A stretch of DNA of 64,000 bases from Pecten maximus (taxonomy: Eukaryota), in assembly GCF_902652985.1 (NCBI RefSeq), contig NC_047015.1:1674001-1738000 (forward strand), in the 5' to 3' direction. Shown in pieces: positions 52,510 to 64,000 of this stretch (the stretch's first letter is position 1; every line of letters starts with the position of its first letter). The position numbers and the translations under genes were made by a program. Below the pieces are notes generated by a model. That model did no database searches, was not told where the DNA came from, and worked only from the letters and a program-made list of their open reading frames with translations.

Positions 52510-53469
52510 GGTTGGTTATTACGCCTGTAAAGAGATACAATGTTTTGTAGAGCAATATTCACTTAGGAAACATGGACATCATAGAAGGATATCTACAACC
52601 GCAAGATATGACAATCTTCTTCTCAACGGTGCCATACACCCATATATTACGTCGACTTTTAAGTTCTTCCCGCATACCTAGGTATGGTCATCTATTCAAC
52701 GTCGCCGTATACCAAGTTCCTCTCGCAGATATAGGTATCGGAATCGACTTAATATTGAAAAATCGATAGTTAATTGAATCAAACATCTGTCTCATTCTTC
52801 TAGGGCTCGTCAGTGATGCTTAGCGCCTACCGTGGGGTGACGGAGATAACTCAAAAAGGACCAAAAGAAATGTCCAAATCTAAACAGGGAAGTATGATTG
52901 AGTTACAAAACAACACTAAACATGTGTATATGTTGTTTCATTAAAATGATATCGATAGTATATACCTACCTTTAACATTTGTGAAGTATGGTACTCCCTT
53001 TGTGTCTATACAATACCGGTATACATATGTAGTTATGTTTCCCACTATATACTAATCGATATGTTAACTGCCGACCGACACCAGATGTCGCAATCACGAT
53101 CACAACAACCTTTCCGGGAATACATCAACTACTCAGCCGCTGAAGCTGGCCACCCGACCAATCAAAGCGAACATGAAGATGCACAATGACTCAGCTGGTT
53201 ACAGGTATACGCCCAGTGGCTTTATTGACTCGACAAATGTTGTTAGGTCCGTTTAATTGGCAAATGTGAAAGTGTATTGAATGATTTTCTAGTAAGTTGT
53301 GATAAAATTAATTTTAGCTATGTATTAAAATTTTCTATTTAAAACAGAAATTGTTATCCGCTGTAATGGAAGTGTCTTTGTAGGAATAACGTTGTCTACA
53401 TCATTGAGTATACAGTCTGCAGTACAGAAAAAAGGCGAACTCAAAACAATTTCGGTATGAATTAACAGG

Positions 53470-54200
53470 GCTATTAGATAATTTGGTGTGAGGATATTAG
53501 ATAATTTGGTGTGAGGATATTAGATAATTTGGTGTAAGGCTATTAGATAATTTGGTACAAAGATATTATTTATTTTGGTACAAGAATATCAGTTGATTTG
53601 GTGTAAGGATATATGGATAATTAGGTACAAGGATATAAGATAATTTGGTGTAAGGATATAAGATAATTTGGTGTAAGGACATATATAATGTAAGATAATT
53701 TGGTGTAAGGATATAAGATAATTTGGTGTGAGGATATCAGACAATTTGGTACAAGGATTTAAGATAATTTGGTGTAAGGATAAAAGATAATTTGGTGTAA
53801 GGATAAAAGATAATTTAGTGTAAGGATATAAGATAATTTGTTACAAAGATATTATACATTTTGGTACAAGAATATCAGTTAATATGGTGTAAGGATATTG
53901 GATAATTAGGTACAAGGATATTAGTTAATTTGGTGTAAGGATATTAAATAATTTGGTGTAAGGATATAAGATAATTTGGTGTAAGGATATAAGATAATTT
54001 GGTGTAAGGACATAAGATAATTAGGTACAAGGATATTAGTTAATTTGGTGTAAGGATATTAAATAATTTGGTGTAAGGATATTAAATAATTTGGTGTAAG
54101 GATATAAGATAATTTGGTGTAAGGATATTAAATAATTTGGTGTAAGGATATACGATAATTTGGTATCAGGATATAAGATAATTTGGTGTGAGGATATCCG
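53470..54200. repeat. Minisatellite, 23-bp unit (GGATATAAGATAATTTGGTGTAA)
   Basis: About 30 copies. Confidence 0.95.
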
Positions 54201-54539
54201 GTAATATGGATATTATACATTGACATACCATGTATGAAATGTTTTTGTAGGTGTAGACCATAAGGTAGTTTTTACCACTGATGCACTTAAATATGCGTCT
54301 GGCTTTCAACGTCGAATAACTGCATGTTTAACAAGAATGGTTTTCGACCTTCCTGACCGACTTGTATAGCTTCAGGACAGGTACATTGTAAGAGGTCTTG
54401 TCAAGATTTCTTATCAACCATGTTTAAACATGGCTATGATTTATTGGCCACTTCTATATAACCTCCTGAACTTAAAACAACTGACATCAAAGTGTTGTTA
54501 CGTCACACAGATGTTATAAATAGTACCTTATTACAATCA

Positions 54540-54640
54540 GGGACAGCTTACCACCAAGTTGTAGGTTATACGATTTCAATTATTTCTATTGTGTAATTCC
54601 CCTCTTCTGATTTCTTGTAGCATACCTATTCCCCCGTCCT
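54540..54640 (+). mobile_element. Possible Penelope-like retroelement RT fragment
   Basis: Frameshifted GQLTTKL...DFN.SIV.FP...SIPIPP resembles the Penelope RT C-terminal motif; short and degenerate. Confidence 0.35.
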
Positions 54641-55539
54641 CTGTAGTTGAATTCATTGTTTGAGATTCCGAATAAGGCATGTATTTCAAAAATATGAAGA
54701 CTATTTTTGTCGTTTTACGATCGCCATTATTATTTCAAGGAAAAGACTGATGTTGTAATGTGCTATGGACGTTGACCTCCCGGTGATGTGCCTTGGGTGA
54801 CGATAGCGTTAACCTGTCACTTGGATTGGCCGGGTTATACTTACAGGTGTAGAAAATGAAATTATATGGCCTACAAATATCAGTTTATAAATGAGATAAT
54901 TTATGAGACGTGTCTTTCTGTCATTTAACATGCTACTTCTCGATTACCACCCCTAACTCTGTAGTCTATATTAAGTTTACCCTCGCCACGGAAGTCTTCG
55001 GGCTAGATTTGTTCTTTGCAATATTACCATTCTATTTCCCGGGAGAAATAAGACACAATTTTACTACGTCTCGCTAACAAAACAAGGCACTCGTCGGCTG
55101 ACTGTGTACACGGGCAGTGTACCCAGTCCGTACCGTAACCTAAAAGACGGATTACTGATTCAATGGTCAGCTAAAATTAAAATGAAATTCGAATGTCTGA
55201 AATACTAGTCTATACTTGTCTAAATATTGTTTTAATGACATTTGAAATAGTAGAACACACATGAAATGTCTAATTCAGAACCGCTTCGTCATTGCCATAA
55301 CTTTGTTATATTACACGCCAGCGGTGGGTATGATCCGAGTTTACCAGATGTCCCGTGAGGTTTTAATGATGACCCCTCATAACCAACGTATTGGTATGTA
55401 AGCGGGTTAGCCCTATATTAGTAATAACACCATCGGCACTGTCTCTTCCTTAATCGAAGTCATGATTTATGCAATAAAGTATGACTAAAAATGGATTTTT
55501 ACACGAAATGTCATTGAATTTAAATGACCCATCCCCTGT

Positions 55540-55877
55540 GATGTTAACACCTGACCTATAACCTATCGATGTTAACACCTGACCTATAACCTATCGATGT
55601 TAACACCTGACCTATAACCTATCGATATTACCACCTGACCTATAACCTATCGATATTAACACCTGACCTATAACCTATCGATGTTAACACCTGACCTATA
55701 ACCTATCGATGTTAACACCTGACCTATAACCTATCGATATTAACACCTGACCTATAACCTATCGATATTAACACCTGACCTATAACCTATCGATGTTAAC
55801 ACCTGACCTATAACCTATCGATGTTAACACCTGACCTATAACCTATCGATGTTAACACCTGACCTATAACCTATTGA
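55540..55877. repeat. Minisatellite, 28-bp unit (GATGTTAACACCTGACCTATAACCTATC)
   Basis: About 12 copies. Confidence 0.97.
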
Positions 55878-57459
55878 TAGTTGGCGTCAGTCCTGGACAG
55901 GACAGGTTTAGTGTCCAGCGTCACTTTGACAGGAATGTATGAGTTAATTGTTGTAATTAAAGACATGTAATACAAATGTTTATGTGTGGATTAGACAACA
56001 CACAGTAATTACGGAATTATTGTCACGAAGGTAACGTGGACGTCCATCCATCACGTCGACGACACAGTGTCCTAGGGCAGGTGACCCGCTATACCAAAGC
56101 CGAGGGGCACTATTACATAAATACTAACTTCGTTAGACTGTGGCGACGTTTAGGTTCTATTCCAACAGCTGACATGTTTAATTCTAGTTATGTTCGTCCT
56201 GAAGGTTTCCTAATATGACCAATATTTACACGTTATTGCCGTATAATTATATGTCTCGTGCATGTCTCGTGCAGACCTAGTAATGTGGTAGAAATGTTTC
56301 CGGTCGACATTGTATAATTAATTACCTGAAATGATATTTTTATTAAAACATTAAGAATTTAGGACTACAGGGGACATGGTCCTTATGTTAATTAGATAGG
56401 CGTGCCATCCACTTATAATCAAACAATAACGTAATTTGGACCATTTCTGACAAAAATAACTCATATTTTAGGCCAATTATTTTAATATAATCTGTGACAC
56501 ACCATAAAGAACCGGAGAAAGACTAACTCCGAATAGACCGGGATATCAACTAGGGTTTGTAAAGGTGTGTAATATTTTCTGTTTCCTTGTGTTAAGAGAT
56601 ATATCGAATGACAAAGAATGTACAGCTGTACAAAAGACTGTTACCTCCATCTGACACACAGGACAACACCCTTCCGTTTAAAAATTCCAGGGCTTTGTGT
56701 CACCCCAAACTATTAGATAGATGGTGTTGTTAACAAAGACTTCTAAAACAGTTTAACAATAACGGACCATCTAGCTGTAGACTTATAAAGGCGCGAACGT
56801 ACAACACCATACTATTCTTTGTATTGTAAAAGTCACCCTGAAATTCACCCACTACTTTGTGATGTTTGACAATCCGTGACCGCGGACGTCATGGGAGTGT
56901 TCTGGTAGTAAATTCAATGACCCTAGCTATCATATTGTGATCTTCTTTAGAAAATAACAGTATTCAGCTTACATACCAGTTTGAGAGAGCCGATCCAACA
57001 ATACATTAACAGCGAGGCGCCAAGTTTGGCCATTTTGTATGTATAGACAAGTCGACAGCGAGGACCAATGCATTATGTATTGTGTTAATTAGTGTGATAG
57101 AGTTTTGTGATACTGGTCAGTTTGTCAACAGCTGTGTTAATTAGTGTGATACACTTTCGTGATACTGGTCAGTTTGTCAGGCCACGCGTGTCCTCGTGTG
57201 ACCTGTACATCTATGACCTGCCATTCCACTCTCCAGGTCAGGTGTCAGTTCCCGAAGTCTTTCCAGTTCGTAACACCGACTTACAGTAACAACCTGTCAC
57301 AACTATAGTACCCCATAGGTCACTGGCTGCCATCTCAGGCTGCCAACAGGGGGTTCGTAACTTGAGACATGTCAAAAGTCGGGACTATTACAACCTTTCT
57401 CGTAACGAACGTCCGTGGATCTGCTGTCAATACATACCAAGCATTTTTGAATCACACTA

Positions 57460-57965
57460 TTTACTATTCTCCTCACTAGGATGGAGTATGACTTTCATTT
57501 ATAATAAACAATAAAAATAGTATGACTTTCATTCATAATAAACAATAATTTGTTTTACTATTTCCCTCACTAGGATATAGTATGACTTTCATTCATAATA
57601 AACAATAAAAAAAATACTATTTCCCTCCCTAGAATATAGTATGACTTTCATTCATAATAAATAACAAAATATTTACTATTTCCCTCCCTAGAATATAGTA
57701 TGACTTTCATTCATAATAAACAATAAAAAAAATACTATTTCCCTCCCTAGAATATAGTATGACTTTCATTCATAATAAATAACAAAATATTTACTATTTC
57801 CCTCCCTAGAATATAGTATGACTTTCATTCATAATAAGCAATAATTTTTTTTACTATTCCCTTCACTAGGATAGAGTATTACTTTCATTCATAATAAACA
57901 ATAAATAGTGTATGACTTTCATTCATAATAAACAATAACAATATCTATTAGGATGGAGTATGACT
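57460..57965. repeat. AT-rich ~60-bp tandem repeat (TAGTATGACTTTCATTCATAATAAACAATAA...TACTATTTCCCTCCCTAGAATA)
   Basis: About 9 imperfect copies. Confidence 0.9.
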
Positions 57966-58707
57966 TATGTCGAGGCACTATTCGTAGTAAACTAAACCAT
58001 TGTCAGATTGTATCAATAATTTCATTGGGAAAATAATGTCTAAAGTTTCATTATAAACAAAATAATTATTATCATAATGGTGATGAGGAAATGCTTTACA
58101 GTTGATAATATTACATAATTGAGGCTCGGGGATTGGCGTTGTTGGGTGAAGGAGACTATAGACTGGTATTTGTTTTATAAGACAAACTAGCAGGGACACA
58201 CATCAACTCAATGGTGGTCAAGTGATGGAACACTTCGGACAATCAACTGAACAGTACAGATGTCACCAAGCTTTGTCCTCTTACCGAAGTTCTTTATAGT
58301 CTCACCACAACTACGTCCCAGGTCTGTATTGACAGAAACTTATGTCAGGATATGTAAAACATATTGTCACTGTCCGCTACTCTATCTCCTAGTCGACAGA
58401 TTTTATCTGGCTCCGACTACAAATCTCCTAGATTTCTGTCACGAGGTGACAGATTATATATCGGTATGTGTAGGACTGAAACATTTGTAATGTTTACAAA
58501 CAGATTGTGTACACTATCAGACATTACCCTGTAATATAAACTTTCGTTTAAATCAGTCAATGTACCGTGCTTGTGATTCTTTAGCACGTTAATGGGGTCA
58601 AGTTCCTCTCGAGGAAGAAAGGGTTAAATATTTATAGTAACCACAATTAATTATGTAATATTAGTATATAACCACATTCTAGACGTTAATATTATGACTC
58701 GTCAGCA

Positions 58708-59134
58708 ATTAGGTGTAATTACACGTGTGAGAGGACAGATCGATCGTAATTAGGTGTAATTACACGTGTGAGAGGACAGATCGATGGTGGTAAGTCCTGA
58801 TCGGGTCGGGGTAACTAGGTGTAATTACACGTGTGAGAGGACAGATCGATGGTGGTAAGTCCTGATCGGGTCGGGGTAATTAGGTGTAATTACAAGTGTG
58901 AGAGGACGGATCGATGGCGGTAAGTCCTGATCGGGTCGGGGTAATTAGGTGTAATTACAAGTGTGAGAGGACAGATCGATCGTAATTAGGTGTAATTACA
59001 CGTGTGAGAGGACAGATCGATGGTGGTATATCCTGATCGGGTCGGGGTAACTAGGTGTAATTACACGTGTGAGAGGACAGATCGATGGTGGTAAGTCCTG
59101 ATCGGGTCGGGGTAATTAGGTGTAATTACACGTG
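58708..59134. repeat. Two-length tandem repeat (short ~39-bp and long ~65-bp units; TAGGTGTAATTACACGTGTGAGAGGACAGATCGAT core)
   Basis: About 8 copies with or without a GGTGGTAAGTCCTGATCGGGTCGGG insert. Confidence 0.93.
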
Positions 59135-60634
59135 CAAGACGACGGTGGTGGGGTCTATTGTCACCCAGATAATCAAGGATTACACTGGTAAGGATATAAA
59201 CATAGGTCTAAATACGTAAGGGGAAATGTCAGTGTCCCAGTGTTGTTAACGGTGGTGGGAGGGGCCGGGACAATGTAATACAAAACCTCCGTGTTAATAT
59301 GGGTGATCCCATACCCGACATATTGGAAACAACCCCGTAAATATTCCACGTATGGTGGTGTGTCCTGCTACACAGGCATGTGTACTTGTCACACGTAGTT
59401 GAATACAGCTGTGTTATTTGTTTCAATTAAAAATATTTACCTGTCGAAATTAATAGATGGACTTCGTAGTGGAATTCCTAGAATGCCGAAACCTGCCTAA
59501 CTCCGGGTACACCACGGGTGGTAAATTCCAGGTGATACGGTAACATATCCAATCGAAAATAAATTATTTGATGATTAATCCTTATAAAGTGTATGTTTAT
59601 ATTCACACACACACATATCAATTGTCCCAAGTTGTACTGGCTCGTGAGACACCTCCCTACGGCCCGGTACCCTCCTGTACACGCGGGCCACACGGTATCA
59701 CTATAGACCGTACTTATGTTCGAGTTGGTGAATAATGCCCCTAGCAGGCAAATAAATTCGCTCATGTGGAACGGAGGCGGTCCATCACACTAGTGTCTCT
59801 GCCAACATTTCATACGGGCTTTAAAGAAATGTTGATATTAGTACTTGTGTTGTCTATACTCAACACCAGTGTGTGACGGAGTTATCTGTGCTGTAAGTCA
59901 AACACAAGGAAATATCCCTTTCATACATTACCCTACTCCTATAACATAAGAGGCCGCTGGTCGGCTCTTTTTCTATCGGATATTACGGCGCCTGTCAAAA
60001 GTATCTCGCCGTGTAAAACCTCTAACATTGTTGGAGTAACATTACCCGTACCTGACACTTGTCAAGAATAATGTCAAAGTCTTCAGGTGAAGCTTTTCAA
60101 AAAAGAATATACATATGTGCATTTGTTAATTGTCGTTGAGTTGAATGTAGTTGTTATGGGACAGAATACCTGGTAGAGATCGATAATTCAGTAATACACA
60201 GGAACATATGTCCTAGTACACGTGGGACCTATGTATAGTTATCTAGTGTGTTATAACAGATGTTACAATACCATCAAACGTAACATCTCTACAACATAGT
60301 TATAACATGTGGGATGGAGTCCCAGACCTGGTCCACCTTCATCAGATAGGTAGAGATTGGGCCCAAACCTTACTTTATACAGGCGTGCCTTGAAAGTGAT
60401 ATGGGGTTTGTATAGTATTGGGGTATTGTACCCCTGTCCTCCCTCCACTGTAATCCGATACCGACCTTAAACGTAGACATGAACAAAACCACGGCCTTTT
60501 TACAGGCGTTGTCAGAGTTGACGAAGTATGCGTTACTACACGCGTGAGTGACAGCGTTAGTACCGCCGATAGGTACTGTGGGGTCACCACGTGGTTACTA
60601 AACGTGAAACTAATACATTGTAATTGTGTCTAAT

Positions 60635-60848
60635 ATACCCTCAAACATCTCACAATGACGTGACTACACCCTCAAACATCACACAATGACGTGACTACAC
60701 CCTCAAACATCTCACAATGACGTGACTACACCCTCAAACATCACACAATGACGTGACTACACCCTCAAACATCACACAATGACGTGACAGCACCCTTAAA
60801 CATCACACAATGACGTGACTACACCCTCAAACATCTCACAATGACGTG
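60635..60848. repeat. 31-bp tandem repeat (ACACAATGACGTGACTACACCCTCAAACATC)
   Basis: About 7 copies, each with TGACGT. Confidence 0.94.
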
Positions 60849-61296
60849 AAACTTATTATTACATTGTCATTGTGTCGAATACACCCTCAAACATTACATT
60901 GTAATTGTGTACAACCTCAACCATCCCACAATGACGTGTGTAGAACCATGACGATATAATATGACAGGTATTTCTTTGTGTGGAAATGTCGACATTCCAG
61001 TACAGCTGGACCGAACCATGTCTCTTCCTTGTTACTGATCTCAGTCACAAGGAACACACTTAGATATAATTCGATATAGCTTCATTGTATATTATATATA
61101 TGACACCAATATGGACGGGAACACTGCGAATCTACTCACACCCTTCCTCGCACATACACACTCTCACACTCCCCCCCCCCCCCCCCCCCCTCAAAACACA
61201 CACACACACACGCTCACAGCTTCACACAAACGTACTCGCACACTCACCATCATATACACACACACACTCACAACCCCCCCTCCCCACTAACTATCG

Positions 61297-62570
61297 AATA
61301 CATTGTGATAGTACTAAATGATGTATCTAATACATTGTGATAGTACTAAATGATGTATCTAATACATTGTGATAGTACTAAATGATGTAATACATAGTGA
61401 TAGTACTAAATGATGTAATACATTATGATAGTACTAAATGATGTAATACATTGTGATAGTACTAAATGATGTAATACATAGTGATAGTACTAAATGATGT
61501 AATACATTGTGATAGTACTAAATGATGTAATACATTGTGATAGTACTAAATGATGTAATACATTGTGATAGTACTAAATGATGTAATACATTGTGATAGT
61601 ACTAAATGATGTAATACATTGTGATAGTACTAAATGATGTAATACATTGTGATAGTACTAAATGATGTAATACATAGTGATAGTACTAAATGATGTAATA
61701 CATAGTGATAGTACTAAATGATGTATCTAATGCATTGTGATAGTACTAAATGATGTAATACATAGTGATAGTACTAAATGATGTAATACATAGTGATAGT
61801 ACTAAATGATGTAATACATTAGTGATAGTACTAAATGATGTAATACATTGTGATAGTACTAAATGATGTAATACATTGTGATAGTACTAAATGATGTAAT
61901 ACATTGTGATAGTACTAAATGATGTAATACATTGTGATAGTACTAAATGATGTAATACCTAGTGATAGTACTAAGTGATGTAATACATAGTGATAATACT
62001 AAATGATGTAATACATAGTGATAATACTAAATGATGTATCTAATACATTATGATAGTACTAAATGATGTAATACATTGTGATAGTACTAAATGATGTAAT
62101 ACATAGTGATAGTACTAAATGATGTATCTAATGCATTGTGATAGTACTAAATGATGTAATACATAGTGATAGTACTAAATGATGTAATACATAGTGATAG
62201 TACTAAATGATGTAATACATTATGATAGTACTAAATGATGTAATACATTGTGATAGTACTAAATGATGTAATACATTGTGATAGTACTAAATGATGTAAT
62301 ACATTGTGATAGTACTAAATGATGTATCTAATACATAGTGATAGTACTAAATGATGTAATATATTGTGATAATACTAAATGATGTATCTAATACATTGTG
62401 ATAGTACTAAATGATGTAATACATTGTGATAGTACTAAATGATGTAATACATTGTGATAGTACTAAATGATGTAATACATTGTGATAGTACTAAATGATG
62501 TAATACATTGTGATAGTACTAAATGATGTAATACATTGTGATAGTACTAAATGATGTAATACATTGTGAT
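61297..62570. repeat. Minisatellite, 28-bp unit (AATACATTGTGATAGTACTAAATGATGT)
   Basis: About 45 copies. Confidence 0.98.
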
Positions 62571-63204
62571 TCTGTGTTAGATATACTTTATTGACGATAG
62601 CTGATGATATATAGTTCGTGAATTTCATTAATGACCAAATCACGATAAGGTGTGTGGAGGTATACACAGCGTGTCATAAGGTGACCGGGGTTACTCTGTA
62701 TCATTCCATCATTTCGTTACCGATCTGCCGTCGGTGAAGGCGAGAAATCCTTTTAGCATTCTTTAAAGCTTCAATATTATGTCATCACATCACCCTGCTA
62801 CAGGAGTGGACAAAAATATCTAAAATCTATCTGACGTGTCACCTGTGCGGTTTGGAGAAATGATCTAAACAAATGATTGAATTATCTGTAGGGAGTAAGA
62901 CATCGAGATAGATTAACAGGATGTCTAGATATAGGCTCGGCAGTTTATGTAGAGCGACATATCTCTAGAAATTATTACGATAGACCAAGTACATTAAGAT
63001 TTCATACATTTCTAAATTACGTAAATCAAAATTAAATTATTTCATTGGCTCAATTTATTATTGATACAAATCAGATAATAAATTTACAATACTGATGTCC
63101 AGCATATTTTACCATGTATCATTGTTATCCATTTGTTAATGTTCATATTCTCTGTACTGTACTGTTTACGAGAATAAACAATGGTTATTGTCATTGACTC
63201 ATTA

Positions 63205-63530
63205 AGAGAGATTGATAGGGAGTCCAGAAAGACTCATAATTTTATGTAGAGAGCGAAACATCGAGAGAGAGATTGACAGGAAGTTCGAAAAGACTCAGCA
63301 TTTTATGTAGAGAGCGAGACATCGAGAGAGATTGGTAGATGTCTAGAAGGACTCATAATTTTATGTAGAGAGAGAGAGACATCGAGAGAGATTGGTAGAT
63401 GTCTAGAAGGACTCATAATTTTATGTAGAGAGAGAGAGACATCGAGAGAGATTGGTAGATGTCTAGAAGGACTCATAATTTTATGTAGAGAGAGAGACAT
63501 CGAGAGAGATGGACAGGAAGTTCAAAAATA
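63205..63530. repeat. ~60-bp tandem repeat (TTATGTAGAGAGAGAGACATCGAGAGAGATTGGTAGATGTCTAGAAGGACTCATAATT)
   Basis: About 5 copies, with diverged copies near 62880-62980. Confidence 0.9.
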
Positions 63531-64000
63531 CAGTTTATACATTTACTCAGTCATTTACTCAGAAGCGCAGTTGTATCGACTCAATCGGGTTTTGTTATTT
63601 ATGGTATAAATGTTGAAATTCTTGTTTAGGTATTGTAAGTTTGTGTACTTCTATTGTTATATACTTCTATTGTTATATACTTCTATTGTTATAATTTTTA
63701 CACTTCCATTGTTATATACATTGCACTTCCCTCGGGAGATAAGTCCTAAGTGCATTGTCAATCATATATAGATTTCTTTATAACTTTTAGCCAGTATTCG
63801 GCACGTAATTCATGTTCAAAAGGACAATAATGTCCGTCTTTTGTAAAATCTTTATAAACATATATAATTTTCGTTAAAAAAGAATGGTATACAATTTATA
63901 GCTCATTGAATTGACTTGCCGTTTATTTCACATTTTAGAGAGTTAAACATGTCCTCCGATTTCCCCCTATCTGTCGTCTCCCCTAGTAAGTACTGCAATT

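Noticed and set aside
55900-61300. Short ORFs of 60-95 aa in the region upstream of gene 3
   Set aside because: No recognisable domains or phase-consistent exon chain; likely non-coding or regulatory DNA.

Overview
AT-rich, intron-containing animal genomic DNA. A bivalve mollusc (scallop- or oyster-like) is my inference from the Helentron-type and TA-flanked MITE elements and the minisatellite density. Three protein-coding genes lie in tandem on the minus strand, reconstructed by eye from GT-AG sites with consistent exon phases. (1) The 5' part of WAPL (cohesin release factor), with promoter at about 6.9 kb and 4 coding exons visible; the gene runs off the left edge. (2) A complete ERLIN1/2 (SPFH) gene of 10 coding exons, including a 23-nt microexon, about 346 aa, at 21627-30960. 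(3) An uncharacterised 5-exon single-pass membrane protein of about 455 aa at 40231-52509. Roughly 40-45% of the window (my rough sum) is about 30 different minisatellite arrays with 18-63 bp units. Also present are a hAT derivative with a 6-bp TSD, two TA-flanked MITEs, a Helentron-type element, a hairpin element inserted in an array, and a decayed L2/CR1-type LINE. The most notable signals are these. A WAPL minisatellite whose unit contains the splice donor gives four in-frame donors, three of which each add a 7-aa SPKK-type unit. A 9x63-bp array arose inside LINE coding sequence between CACTGA microhomologies. Arrays cluster at exon edges and share palindromic and ACAGGT cores, which suggests an active local-duplication process. 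No prokaryotic features, CRISPR, tRNA or rRNA were seen.
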